Positions 35,631 to 49,779 of a stretch of 64,000 nucleotides of DNA are shown piece after piece (the stretch's first letter is position 1; the number at the start of each line of letters is the position of its first letter). Origin of the DNA: Camelus ferus (taxonomy: Eukaryota); assembly GCF_009834535.1 (NCBI RefSeq), contig NC_045696.1, positions 104,968,001 through 105,032,000 on the forward strand. The letters are read 5' to 3'. The notes below the pieces were generated by a model. It had not been told where the DNA came from. It saw only the letters and a program-made list of their open reading frames with translations, and did not search any database. Position numbers and translations under genes: made by a program.

Positions 35631-38600
35631 CTTCCAACCTTTGGTGCTACGAGCCCCCTGAAGCCAGGAGCCAAGTCTTTTCATCTTTATCCTCAGCCTC
35701 TAGCACGGGCCAGACACACAGTTGGCACTCAAGACATTTTTATTTTCATTTGATGCTATGGTATCTACAATATAAGTTATTAAAGTTGAATTGTTAAACA
35801 TCCTTATGGTCTAATCTTGCCTCCATTCCAGGCCACAGGTCCCAGACAGGATAATCAGAGAACCATCCCTGCTGGTCACGGCGCCCTTAGGTAGTGTTTA
35901 TTGAGAGCCTGTAAGAGCTTCCTCAAAGGCTCTCACATCATGAAGGGGAGGCAGCTGAGAATAGACAATGACAAAAGAGTGTAGGACAGGAAAGCTTTGC
36001 TGAGGATTAAATATGTTACATCTCCGGGGAAATAAGTTGCCTTTAACAGAGGTCTTCCAACCTTTGAACAGGCACTCCCCAAAGGATGTTGGCATGAGAT
36101 AATTTGGCCATTGAGGAGGGAGGGGAGTAGAGATTTGCTGGTATCCCAAATCTTACCACCTCCACTTACGTCTACCGCTTGCTGCTTCCTGCTTCTAGAA
36201 GGAAATGTGCTGATTTCACCCTCCCCCCACCTCCCACCTTCTACCACTCAGTATTGCAGGAGCGGCTGGGAACATGTGTTAGATTTTGATAATGAAGTTT
36301 GAGAGCCTGGAAATCTGAGAAGGGGAGTGAGGGGCATCATCCCTGGAAGCAGATGGTTATCTGACAAGATACTGTATCTTGGAAGGAGGACTTGGGACTG
36401 AAGAGGGGCAGCATTCCTAGAAGGGTCTGAAGTTGAGGGGTCTGGATGTGCTGGCCAGAGCGGTAGGTGGAGTTGGCCTCTGGCTATGGGAGGTGGCCCA
36501 GGAGGCCTCCCATAGGACCTCCGCTGGATGGAGCTGCCAGTTACCATGTGTAATTCCCTAGTGTTATCTGGGAGCTTGCAGTGGAGTCTGGGTTAAATAT
36601 TCCTGCCTGTTGCCATGTGCTGCCCACAGGGAAATAAGCAAAAAGCTGCAAGTCATTAGGATTTAGAAGGGGAGGCCACCGTGGTGATGGCAGTAGAGAC
36701 TCGCCAGGAATCCCCACGAAGACACTGAACATCTGAAGACAGGAATCAGGGCTTCTGGACCCAGCCCCTCCCCAGCCAGGCCCATGGGACAGATCCCAGT
36801 TATTAAGTTCATTAAGAGAGTCAGCAGGTTCCGCTTTCCCTGGGCAGCTGACTTTGGGTCAGTGCAGGGTGGCAGAGGGACTCTCTGTTTCTCACCAGGA
36901 GTCTGCAGTTCCCCAGGAAGCAGGAGGACCAGGAGGGCGTTGGAGTAAGTTGCTCAGTGGGTGATCACGAAGCAGGACAGATGGGGCTGGTGAAAATCTC
37001 TCTTCCAAATATATCTTAAAGGGTATTTGAGACAACTGTTGGGGACTCCCCAAGACACAGGTGTGGAGAACTGTTCTAAAAAGCCAACCTCTCTCTGACG
37101 CCTAATTTGTCCCTCTCAGATCGAGGAGCAAGTGTAGGCATGTTCCTGATTTAGTCTCCACCTTGTCACTTTCCCAGGGACAAAGAGATTTCCCAAGTCC
37201 CACAGATCCCCCTGTTGTGTTTTCACAGCTGTGTGCTGTGTTGCTGTCACGAGTTCATAGAAGAGAGGCTTCCAGGATAGACAGGACTCTTGGAAGAACA
37301 GAGAACTAGCTGAGTCCCCAGATAAGGTTTTAGAGGCAAAACCAAACAAACTACTCAGATAGAGAATCTGGGGCTGGACCTATTGCTGCCCAGGCTGACT
37401 CAGAAGATACATTCCTTCCAGACTCCAAGATTCCATACCCCAGGGGCTAATGTCCTGGAATCAGGCTCAACATGTAATCAAGGCTATGAAAAAGGAGATC
37501 ATCTCTGCCTGCCAGTTTTAATTAAATTGTGGGGAAATAATGATTAACTAGAGCCCAAGACAGTTTCTTAAAACACCAAGGACAGCAGCCGCATGCCATG
37601 CAGAGGGACGCTGCTGCTATCAGAGCAGGAACAAAGGCACGTCAGATGTGGCTCCCTGTATACAGATCCTAGATCTCCTCCTGCCAGTCGGCTTTTCAGT
37701 CCAAGAATTCACAGCGAGGCATTGAGATTCCAATTCCGGATTATCCCTGCAAAGCACAGCCTCTCCAACTTCATCTGATCCAACTGTAAAGTGGGGTCTT
37801 AGGAAAACAAATGGTCTTATAAATCTGGAAATATCCAAAGCGGCACATTGTTTTCAGACATCTCATTGCAATTCTGCTGAAACTCTCAGTTTATTTCTAC
37901 CTGGGATTTTTGCACAGGAAAGATGAAATCTGCGGGGGGAAGGTGGAAGCTTCTCCAGGTGCTGTTGAGATGGATGGAGCGGGTATTGAGAAAATCCATG
38001 AAGCGACTTGATTTATTCATGCCAAGACCCCTCTCTCCAGATCACATCTACTCCTGCTAGAGCGGAGATGGCCCCAGCTGGTGAGAAAACTCCAAATCTC
38101 ACACCTATCCAAAGACTAAAAGAGGAAAATACACTTCCATGAATGAAAAATGCACTGGAGAGAGGCACAGAATTTTCACTTTCAATCAGAATAAAATTGG
38201 ACTGCTGTTGAGGGAAATGAAAATGGACTTCTGAAAAGAAATACTTTTGGTACGTGGTCTGGTGGGTTTCACAGAACAGGGCACATATCCTGTAAAAACA
38301 GGTAACTCACAAAAAGAGATGGGAATTCTGGACAAGCTGTGGACAGAGATCTCCAAATTAAACTGGTTAGATGCTGGCCATGCTTGAGGAGTGCCTGGTT
38401 TGGCCATTTCCACCCAAGCGCTTGGTGGTAGGCAGTTTGGAACCCACAATGTGCCTCTGTCCTCTGACTGTGATGTGCTTTGCAGGCCATCGGATGCCTC
38501 CATTTGCCAAATGCCTCCATTTGCCAAATGCCTCCTGGCCTGGTCTGGCAGAGTACTCTCTTGCCACTTTCTTTGCCAAGGTCTAGGCTCTCTGCCCTCC

Positions 38601-41600
38601 CAACTGTGGAGTCCTGACTGCCCTAGTGCCCAGTGCTCTACCCATGCCACTGGCAGTGTGGAAAGTCCACAGATCAGCAGTGGGGACAGCTGGCCTCCTC
38701 CTCTACCTGAAGATGCCAGTTATGGCTAATGCAGTTCACTCCAAAGGAAGCTAAAGATGACATATATTGGAAATCTTTCCTCTTCTTGCAAATCTTATTC
38801 CTCTTATTGCTTTTCAAAAGAAATTTAAAATTAAGGAGACAGAATTACTAGTGTCTGTTCTAGGAAGTAGCAAGATGACCATTGATCAGGTACTGAAGAG
38901 AGCATCACATCTCAGATCTTGCAGTCTTAGACTTATATCCACAAAAAAACTCCCAAAGAATTGTGTTCTCCCAGAGAAGTTAATCCCTTTAGCCTCGAAA
39001 TACTCAGCATGCAAACATGCACACACACACACACACACAGTTTTTTTCCAGGATACACAAACCTTATAAAAACTGAGATTTGATTCACTGATGTGGAAAT
39101 AAACATGACTCAATCCTGCTTCTGAAGAGAGTGCCACCTGTGAAAATGGCTTCAATGGGGAAAATAAAGGTATTCTGATGATTTTTTTTCTTGTATTAAT
39201 CTTCTGGGTCTCGTGGGGAGCTTACCCTCCCTGGACTCTGGGAGGCAGAAGCAGTGGACCTCTTACACAAAACACCCCTTCTGAGAATGGCTGGAACATC
39301 CCCCAGCAGGCTGGGCAACAAATCACAGGTTCCCTGCTTGCAGGATGGTTTTCAATTGAATTCAGCAAGTATTTATCAAGCTTCTTGCTGTGCCCCAGGC
39401 CTGAGCTAGGCTAAGCTGTGCGCAGGATAAAAGATGGAAAAGCGCCTCCCCCTCCCCTGTCCCAGGGTCCAGGTGGATGGATGGCTCCAGCTTCAGAGAA
39501 GGGTGGGCCAGGCTGTGGGGAGATGTCTCTGAACTCAGCAAGGTCAGCCTCTGGGATGTATCAGTCTTTAGGGTTCGTTTCCACATTCTTCACCCAGAGT
39601 CGCCAGCAAGTGACATCAGAGGAACTTGTGGAAGGCAGCATCAAAGGAGAGAGCAGTTCAGTGCCCCACCCCGAGTCCAGAGGCAGAGGGAAAGGGAGAG
39701 GTGAGATGTGGCTGGACTGGGTCTGAGGAGGAGTCCTGCTGGTAGCCCGGGGGGTTAGGTGGGGTAGGGGCAGACAGCGGGTGGGGAGGTTGGGGAGCGG
39801 GGGGTGGGGGGGAGTTGTTAGAAGTGCACTCAGCTGGCTCCTAACTTTTGAAGGCCAAGCAGGGAAAGCCCCTGAGCCCACCCGTTCACCCATGTTTTAT
39901 TTCCAGAGAGCAACCGTGGGACAGTGGCCCTGGGGATCCCGGCTCTCTTCCCCGTGGTAGTGGGCAACTGCATTAATGACAAAGAACACAAGCTCCAGGG
40001 TATACGTGCTTGGGATTAAATTCTGGCTCTGACGCTTAAACTTCTAAACCCTCATTGCCTCGCCTCTAGAGGAGGAGAAGACTGATAATGCATCCCAGAC
40101 AGGGATGCCATGAGGACCAAGGGCATCATTCAAATCAAGTATGTGCAGGGCCAGGTTCACGTGGCCTATTGTTTCGTTCATTTCTTCAGCAAACATCCAC
40201 GAAGTGTCTACCGAGACTGTGCCAAGCCTTGTCCTTTGGGCCTCACAGAAGCAAACCCACCAGAATCACCGTCCCGAGGGGATACTGAAGACGTGAGGGA
40301 AGAGAAGACAGTTACGGTGCAGGTGGCAAATGCTGTGAGAATGGAAGTCGGGAAGGGGTTGGGACTGTGAAGGAAGGTCCCCTGACCCAGCCTGAGGTTG
40401 AGCCAGGCTTCTCAGAGGGTTCATTCCCAGTTTGCCTTAAAAGGGGAATAGAACTAACTCGCTGTAGAGAAATATGGAGAATCAGAAGGGCCCTTCAGAA
40501 AGGTATTATTGACAAGATCCCAACATACAAAGCCAAATAATCCAGGTCAGTGGTAACGAGAACTGGACTGATGGCTGTGGAGCCCAGAAATATTTAGGAA
40601 GTAAAATTGACCCAACTCAGAGGTTGTTTAGATATAGGCTGTGGAGGGGGAGACCCAGACCTGGCTTTTAGTGTGGGAAGCTGAGTGGATGGTGTTGCCA
40701 GTGTCTACCAGGAGAAGGGCAGGTTTGGGATGGGAAGGGAAGGAGCTTGGGTCTGGGGTAAGTTGGACTGGGCTGGCTTACAGGATCAGAGATAGGGCAG
40801 TCAGGAAGTAGGGTGAGGTGACCACGAAGATGAGGGCTGAAGGGGGTGGCTGGGCAGACAGAGGACCCTAGTGGGAAGGGATTGAAGTCTGCTCCTCTCA
40901 GGACTCCTGAGGCAAACCTCACCCTCTGCCATCCTGCCCTGGCCCCAGCTGTGGCCAGCCCTGCAGCAAAGTGAGGGCATCCTGACTTTTCTATTACTTG
41001 CAGATGACCTATGAAAACTCCCTCTTCTCTGGTCCTCTTGCCTCCCACCCCTACCCTCAAATACATCCTCCTCTTCTCTGTCCCTGCAGACTGACTTTTC
41101 TGAAAGACTATGCAAACCAGTTTACTTCCTTGCTTAATCACCTTAGGTAGCTCCCCGTTGCCTTACGATGCAAGCATATCCCTTCAGCAGGGTGGTTTAA
41201 TAACTGTCCATATAGTGTCTACATGGTTTTCAAACAACTCAGCAAAAAAAGGAACACGTGTAATCAGCTACCTGGATATTTCAGAACAGGGAGAGATAGT
41301 TTCAGAATACTTCAGTATCTTTAGTTCTTCCATTCCACTGGGAAGTGCCCCAGCCCCCAACATTGCCAAGCACTAGAGTGTCTTAGAATTCCAGCAATGG
41401 GAAGGCTCTCAGATGCCAGAGAATTCCCCACCTCCTGCAAGGCCTTCATGCTGTGGCCCCTGTGCCGCCACTCCCCACCCTTCTCCCTCTCCAAGCCCAC
41501 AACTGTTCCCAGGGGAATGCACATGAGCTGTGGGTCTCCAGTGCCACCCTTCCTCATATTGCACTTCTACACATGCTTTCACTCTTTTCCTCCACCCCTC

Positions 41601-41689
41601 ATGCCCTTTCATCAAACCCCCTCCCACTTTTTGTGAGCAGACTAATTACTACTCATTATTTAGGACTCAACTTAAAATTCCCCTCCTTT

Positions 41690-41695
41690 AATGTG

Positions 41696-41732
<37 letters not shown>

Positions 41733-42210
41733 CACACACAATGGAGTACTACTCAGCTATAAAAAAGAAATTTTGCCATTTGCAGCAACATGGATGGACT
41801 TGAAGGGTATTATGCCAAGTGAAATAAGTCAGACAAAGACAAATATGATCTCACTTATATGTGTAATCTAAAAAATACAATAAACTAGTGACTTTAACAA
41901 AAAAGAAACAGACTCACAGATACACAGAACAAACTAGTGGTTACCAGTGGGGAGAGGGAAGGTGGCACAAAATAGGGGTTGGGGAGTAAGAGGTACAAAT
42001 TATTAGGTGTAAAATAAACTACAAGAATATATTGTACAACATGGGAAATATAGTTAATATTTTATGATAATTATAAATGGAGTATAACCTTTGAAAGTTG
42101 CAAATCACTATACTGTACATCTGCAATTTATATAATACTGCACAGCAACTATACTTCAATTAAAATATAAAAAAAATTGTAAACCTATTATTACCTCATA
42201 AAAAAAAATC
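41690..42210 (+). mobile_element. 5'-truncated L1 3' end with a (CA)n microsatellite
   Basis: caatggagtactactcagctataaaaaag...gcaacatggatggacttgaagggtattatg...caactatacttcaattaaaa. Confidence 0.85.
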
Positions 42211-43079
42211 ACCTCCTTCAGAATCCTTCCAGAAATCTTCTCTGATGCCTCAGGCAGATAGTGTCTATTCTCTGAACTCCCACGCAGGGTCTTCCTTCCC
42301 TCCACCACGTCACATCCCACACTGCTGTCCTTGCTGCCTCCTCCTCCAGATGGTGAGCTCCTTAAAGCCAGAGACTGCATTCTGTCCACCTTTATATCAC
42401 CACTACCTGGCACAGTACCCAGCGTGGACTAAGGATCCAGAATAGATGAACTGATTTCTCTTAAAAACACATGACTAAGTTTGTTTCCTTGTTGTAAGTT
42501 TCATCCAGATGCCAGACAACGGCTCAGCCCTTGCCTCCCCCCAATAGTCAGCAAGGTCTGGAGTAGCATCCGTTTCTAGGCATAAAAACTCATTAACACA
42601 CCAAGCAGGAAGTTGCTGTAGGAAGAATTATCTGCTGTAATGTGACAGGACCGGGATTATAAACTGGAGCAAGGCAGCCTTTGGGGAGTGGCACCATTTA
42701 ATTGTTTTATCTTGTCTTCTCCATTATTCTGAGAAGCTGGGGTGGAACATGAATATTAGACAGCCCCCAAAGAAAACAGTTCCATAACTTCTCTTTTAGA
42801 CAGTGTCTACATGGTTCTTAAACAGGATGGAAGAATAGAAAGTTAAGCCCCTTGCTAGGCTATCTTAGACTGGGTAGGGATGGTCTCAGAATCCTCCAGC
42901 ATCCTTCAGCCCTTTTGTTCAGATGAGTGACACTCTGGCCCCATCCAGCTCAATACTCCAGAGAGTCCTTCCTAGCATTTTAGAACTGCAAAATAATATT
43001 GAAGACCATACAATCCTACAGCCTGATTATAAAGATCAAAAGAACTAATTCCCAGATACACTTAGAAATATGTGTGTAC

Positions 43080-45560
43080 CATGTGTGCTCCATCCAATTA
43101 ACTGCACATCTAGTGCACATCAAGAAACTGGAGAGTTATTCCATGGTCAGAGGATTAAAAACGTGTTCTTCTAGGAGTTTTGAGAATGAGGTCCCTCCCT
43201 CAGGGAGCTCAAAGTCTGGTGAGGAAGCAGATAATTTAAATGGGAAATGATAAGCAAAGGTAGAAGAATTAGGGTAAACACTGGCAGGAGGGGGCAGTTA
43301 AGCCAGAACAAGAAAATCATCGCTAGCCTCTTACAGATGGAAATATCTGGACTGAGACCTCATGTATGAGTTAGCCAGGTGGAAAGGGGGGTGGTGGCTG
43401 AGTAGCACCGTGTCCTAGGGCTTCAAGAAAGAGAGAGTGATTGACAGTGCAAATGCTGCTAAGAGATGAACATCAAGACTGAGATTAGTTACTGGATTTG
43501 GCAACACAGAGGTCATGGATCTCATCAAGAGTGGGATTTGGAAAGTGGTGAAGACAAAAGCTATTTTAGGTGGACTCAAAAAAAATGGGTGGTGAGGTAG
43601 CAAAGACAGTGAGTTACTATATACTCTTCCAAAGAGCTTTGCTGCAGAGCGGTAGAGAGGAATACGGGGTCAAGGAAGGTTTTGTTATTAAGATTGCAGC
43701 ACGCTTGCATGCTGATGAGAATGAGTCAATAGGGAAGGGGATTTTGATATTTCAAGAAAGAGAGTGGAAAGGTCTAGGAGAAAAATTCATGTACTGGTGG
43801 AATGGTTGGCTTTAGACAGGCGCAAGAGGAGTGCCTCTGTTGTCAGAAAGGGGAAGGCAGAGCATTTGCAGGCAAAAGATTAGTGGGTGGATACTTGGTG
43901 GGAAACTGAAGCCACTTTCTTCTCATTTATTCTATTTTATCAGTGAAGGTAGAAGCAAGATTACAAGCTAAGGATAAGAAGACGCTTTTGAGGAAAGAGG
44001 ACAAGTGTGAAACATTGTCTAGATCTGGGGACCCACCTGAGAATCTGTGATGGTAAATTCAAAATGAGATCTGATGTTTTTCCCCAGCCGTATTTAGCTT
44101 CTTAGATGCAGCTGTAGAATGGATGGAAAGTTGGCTTTAATCAACCGGATTCAGGGTTTTTTCAAGAACATGCATTGAGAAGAAAGAGAAGGAAGGGTGT
44201 ATTCAAGAGTAAATCGTGATGAAATTTAAGTTTGAAAATAAGGGAAACAGGGGTGAAGAGTAGTGAAAATGTGTCTGAGCTCATTGTAAGGACCCCAGGG
44301 AGTCAAAGAATTGCTGGAGTGAAGGCACTGAAAGAAACAGATTAGAAAGCTGACAAGGGTCAGAGTTTGCTATGCTTTAGGTTAAGACTTTGAAGTTACA
44401 GTAATTACCAACGAGAAGTCTTTCGGTGTGTCCATGGGAGGGGAACATGAGGTGGAATGGAGGGAGATCTCACTGGAGGTGAGGCAGTTAAGCAATTGAG
44501 AGGTCAAGGAGTTGGACACCTCATTCCATGAATGCCAAAGTGATCGCAAAAAATGATGGCAGGAGTAGGGCAGGAGAGAAATACAGTGAATCAGGTATAA
44601 AAATCTTTGATGATTGATACCTGAAGAAGAGTGAGTACAAGGACAGTATATAATTGCAGAAAAAACAGGGCTGGACCGCATACAGTCCAATGATAGGCAA
44701 GGCGAACCAGAAGAAGGAAGAAAGGCTTGTTGGGACATGGCAGGCAGGAGCAGGGAGGACACCTACCTCAAGTCTGGGCTCTGAAGGAGGAAACAGCCTC
44801 CACTTGAGAAGGCTGCCAAGGAAGCCAAGTCTCTGGGAGGAAGTCAGGTGTGCAAGTCAGGAGGCGAAGGGATCATTCAGAGAAGAGGTCTTTCCAGAGG
44901 CTCAAGGGACATGTGGAGGGTATTGGCCAATGAGGAGTGGGCCACCCAGGGCTGTGTGGATGGGAAAAGGGACCCAGTTAATGGGGACCACAGTGATGGA
45001 AGACCTGATGGATTAATCCTGATTGTCCCTTTGGACGGCTGTGTCACAAGTCCTCTTGAGGGTGTGCTGAACTTGAGAAGCCAGCAGAATATCGAGGACA
45101 CACTGATGTCCAGGGGGTGGTGGGCATTACAGATCAGAGACAGAAAAGAGAGTGCCAGGCTAGAGGTACAGACTTGGGAATTGGCAGCCGGCAGATGGTT
45201 GTTGAAGCCATGGGAATGCCTGAGACCATCCAGGGGTGGGGACACAGCAAGAAGAAAAGACGACCTGGCTCAAAATTCCCAGCAACGCCAACACTGAGAG
45301 ACAGCAGGGATTAGGAAAGTCACGCAGGAGATGGAAGGAGCCTCCAGAGGAGCTGGAGGAAAACTCACAAGCCGTGCTGCCGCGGAAGCTGAGAGAAGAT
45401 GCCTGTGGCACACGCTGCACAGAGGTCAGCCGAGGTAAGGAGAGAAAACTTTCCATTGCGTTTAGCAACAGTCACTGGTGCCCGGGTAGAGAGCCACTGC
45501 GGTGGCTCCAGGGAGGAGGAGGCTGGGCTGTCATGGGCGGGAGCGGAGGTGGGGAGAGGT
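43080..45560 (-). mobile_element. Extended L2 LINE remnant
   Basis: caaatgctgctaagagat...ggatttggcaacacagaggtcat, purine-rich strand, similar motifs at 45150-45480. Confidence 0.6.
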
Positions 45561-45904
45561 AGGGAAATTCCTCCCTTCCCTGCCCCTCAGTCACGTCCAA
45601 GCTGTGGCACCTTGAACAACTTTCTTGACCTCTCTGAACCTCCATTTTTAAACCTGGAAATAGGGGAATTAATACTAATTGTATGTAGTTGTTTTGATTA
45701 AGTAAAATTCGGTAAAACAGTGGTTTGACAAACAGTAGGTGTGCGATTATGATAAACATGACGCAGATTATTTCTTCCTCTTGGCTATATAGGATTTGAG
45801 AAGTATGAGCAAGAATGGGATGTGGAGTTAATAGGTTTATTTTTGTTCTTTAACATGAGAATAGATTCACTGGAGCATGTCCAGAGATGGAAAATATAGC
45901 TGTC

Positions 45905-45990
45905 AAAAGTGAAGAAGACTGCCCCTTGTTGAAATGAACCCATGACCTTGGCTGTATCAGTTCCATTATGAGGAACAGAGCTGACTTAGG
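45905..45990 (-). mobile_element. MamSINE1-like / decayed tRNA-Ile-derived SINE head
   Basis: The minus strand reads agtcagctctg...tgatacagccaaggtcatgggttcatttcaacaaggggcag...cttcac, resembling the tRNA-Ile-like MamSINE1 head. Confidence 0.55.
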
Positions 45991-48900
45991 AAATTCTCAA
46001 ATATGTTTGGGAAAACCACCAGGGTTCCCAGAAAGGGTAGTTATTTGGAAACCTCAGGAAATGCCATCCACAGTTTCAAATAGGCTTTATCATTCCATCT
46101 ATAATATGCTTTCTGGAATGAAATGTTGTTGATTATACAACCTGGCTATGATTTTCTGATTTGTGCAAGAATATCTCTCTGGAAGGAAGATAGATTGTCA
46201 TGCACTGAATTCCTAATCCAGTGCCTAATTTTGTCCAAGGTACTGTAAATCTTGATGTGTTACCTGAAGGAAAAACTTCGATTTCTAAAAAATGAATATT
46301 ACAGAGCTTTCTATGACCCAAAGGGACTCGTGCAGCAGGCATGAGCCGCACAGTATGGATTTTTGCCAGCTGCGTTAAGGTGCTGAATAGAGAAAACAGC
46401 AAATGCAGATCCTGACCAGCCATCACTCTGTGTCTGGTGGCCCCTCACCTTCAGCAGACTTAGTTGTTGAAAGTCTGAATTAGCATCAGAAATAAATGAG
46501 GAGACAAGGCTGCTCTTTAGTGAACATAGTACAGAAGAGTTAATTATTCATGCAAGTGTCACTGGGGTACTTTTGGTCTATCTAAAGGGTCTGCAGGAGA
46601 ACCATCCAAACTTCAGTCACCTCTCCAAGTCTGTGAAGAGAGGAAAGGTGAGGTCAGAAGACTAGAAAGGCAGCTTAAGATGGGTTGCCAGGAAACAAAC
46701 TCGACCATCATTTGCAAACTTAACTCATTTTTACCTCTTCCAGGAAGTCCTCCATGATATTCTTAAGCTTAGGAGTCTGCTCTGGGTTCCCACGGTCTCC
46801 AGGGCTTACACTATCAAAGCTCTTATTTACTGAAGGCTCCAGAAGCCTCTACAAGAATGGGTTAAGGGGCTTCTCTGGTGAGCAAAAGCTACTTGAAGCT
46901 CTAATTCCCCATCCTTTTACAGAGGATTGAGGAAATACCAATTCTCCATGTCTAGTTTTAGGGAAGGGTCCACATAGATATTAAGGAAAACCTTAGGAAT
47001 TGGCACATGCTTGCAAATTATAAGTACTCAGGAAGAGTTTATTGAAATTATTTAATTAATGGAATGTTTTATTTGTGGTCTGAATCACCCCTTGTCCCTT
47101 GGTTCTTTGAGCTCATGCTCCTGTGTATTTCCCTCCCTGCCGTGGCCCTTTGCCCACTGCTCTGAGAAGCTCTGGAGGAAGAGAGAGCAGGCTGAATTAA
47201 AAAGAAGTGTGAGATTCTAAACTGGTCTCTAAGAAAAAGCTAAGATTTCTGAGAGTAGATGAGGGGAGAGCATTGTAAGCTGTAAAAGAAGTCGGAGCAC
47301 AAAGAGGAGAGGAGGGGTTGGAGAGAGGTCTGATGTGACTGCGGTGCGAGGTAGGACAGAGAGTGGATGGGAACCTCGGACCATAGCCTGAGGGGTCTGA
47401 GTGCAGCTCCAGGACTGTGAATATAATGCAGCAGGTAATGGGGACCAGGGAAGGCTCGGGAGCAGAGGATTCTAACCAAAACTATTACTTACAAGATGTG
47501 GCTGCCTGAAGGTCCATGAAATGATAACTTTCTTAAGTAACTATTATTTAAATACTAAACCCCTTTCAGAATAATCACTGTTTCTTGAAAAATATTATTG
47601 ATGCACGTGATTCTCTTTCATAGATCACATCAATAAGGTCGTGTGGGTAGATCTTCCAGTGGGACGAGTCCATTTATTTGACAAATTTGGAATTGAATCC
47701 CTACTGCCCACGTCACACTGCATCGGGCGCTGTGTGAGTACAAAGTTGTGTAGAGTCAGATTCCTGCCCTCCAGAAGCTTGACACTCAGAGGAAATCAGG
47801 TAACATGATCAACAGCACAAGTATTAAATCAAATCAGACTCATGTAACGGAAACCTACGCAAATTAGCCAGACTAGTTACAGATGTTAGCCAGGGGAATG
47901 TTCATGATAAGGATACAGATGTGACCCAGGGACCCGGGAAAGGGCAGAGCGGCTGGGCCTCCCCAAGGGCTGGCACAAAAGACCAGCCCTCATTGCTCTA
48001 TTGTGTAGCCCAGGTCACACGGCAGCCCCATGTGCCTGGGATCCAGCCACCCCCACCAAAACACTGCTTGAAATCAATGCCTTTCAGGCCCAAAGCAGGA
48101 TTCCCAGAACAGAAAGCCCAGGGGACCTGACTTGGGTCAAATGTCAGGCCTGGTCCAGTCAGCGGTGGGGAGGTCTCGTGGAGACAGGCCACGTGGTGTA
48201 ACCAGGCCTCCTCCCTTGTGGCAGTGGGGTGGCAACTTGGTCAAAAATGAGGCAATTGTGAGGTGGACAGACACCCCCAAACACGCCTCCCTTGCCAGTG
48301 GAATCACAGCTTAGAGGGCAAGTGGTCTGGGGGTTCAGAGGAAGATACGATCACTCACAGCTGAACGACTTGGTTCCTTCCTGCCCTCAAGGATCAAGGA
48401 CCTCCAGGAGGGGAAGAACCCACTGGAAATGTAGACTGGGGAGGAGGGCACTTCACGCCATATTCGGCGGGTACAGCTTTATCTCTGCATGAAGGACTGA
48501 AATATCATTCTGTTCACATGAAGTCTGCCAATTTCTGCAAATAAAATTAAAAGAGGTGGAAACCAGAAAATGACTTCATGATTTATAGATTTCACACCAG
48601 GCTCTCTGCATCCTTGCCCTGGGAGGAAGGACAAATATCTCCAGGACAGAAGCCATCTAGCAGGCTTTCCAGCACAAGATGACTGGCTGCAGTGCATTCC
48701 TTGGAGATGACCACACAGAAGGGAGGGCCCTGCAGGGGCAGCCTGGCCCTAAGGCCTTGGTGCAACGATGGGCGGTCAGCACCGGTAGTCCCTGCTCTGC
48801 CCAGGACTAGTTCCAGCACAGAGGAGAGGCAGCTGAGTGTCAAACACCGTCCCCACAGCTGGTGATTCCAGAAAGCTGGAGCAGGTTCTTACAGACCTGA

Positions 48901-49075
48901 AGACACCTGAGAGGTAGTTGAGGGTTGGGATCTAGAAAAGACCATAGGCAGCCTCCAGTTCAACCACAGGAACCAAAAGAACCAGAGCCCTGGTCATGTT
49001 GTCCTGGGCAGAAAGGAAGACTCAAAGGTGGTTCCAAGGTTTCTGGGAAGGCAGGAAGGTGCTGTGTTCTGGAGG

Positions 49076-49610
49076 TGTTAGGTAGTTAGATAAGTGGGGG
49101 CACCGGGCAGACAGGTGGAGGAGAGGGAGGATGGTCCAGAAGATGGCGATGTGCCTGCCTCCAGCATAAAGGGACTTTACTTCTTCTAAATGAGTACCTG
49201 CAAGAAACCGCTTAGAACCCAACAACCATGACTCCACGGTAGCAGAAAGAACTTAGCCAGACATGACCCAATGTTCATCGTAATACGGTTTGGCCCCCCT
49301 CCCATGGGTTCTTCTGCATAAACCATAGGTAAGGACATGTGCAAAGGGGCCAAACGTGTCTAAGATTTCCAGGGACAAGAGCCGTCAATCAATCAAGAGA
49401 GCACCTCTAAGCAAGGGTATGAGAGAAAGGGGAGACAAAACCTGCCGCTTCTCCTCCCTTGCGTCAGCCCGCCTCCCATTCTTGGAGGTGGACTTTTCTT
49501 TTTTTAAATAAATTTTTAAAAATCTTTCTCTACACAATGCACCATCTCCTAATTGTAAACTTATCTTTCGAACATGACAAGAACTGAAATCTTTACCTTT
49601 TGGGGTAACA
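49076..49610 (+). mobile_element. ERV solo LTR
   Basis: TGTTA...TAACA inverted termini, imperfect TSD ggagg/gaagg, AATAAA at 49507, YY1-like AAGATGGCG at 49140. Confidence 0.75.
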
Positions 49611-49779
49611 GAAGGAATGATTAAGAATTCCAGTTTGAAAGGGTAAGGCTTGACATGTCTTTGAGCTTTCTAGGTACAGTCAGGTTTGGGCAAAACCAGA
49701 GTGCAGAGGAGAGCTCTGGGCTGAATCATGCATTTATTTAACAGCAGGGAGGAGCCCCTCAAGTAAATTTAAATAAAGT

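Noticed and set aside
44382..45562. Cluster of overlapping 100-150 aa ORFs
   Set aside because: They lie in a decayed L2 region, occur in several frames on both strands, and show no coherent coding signal.
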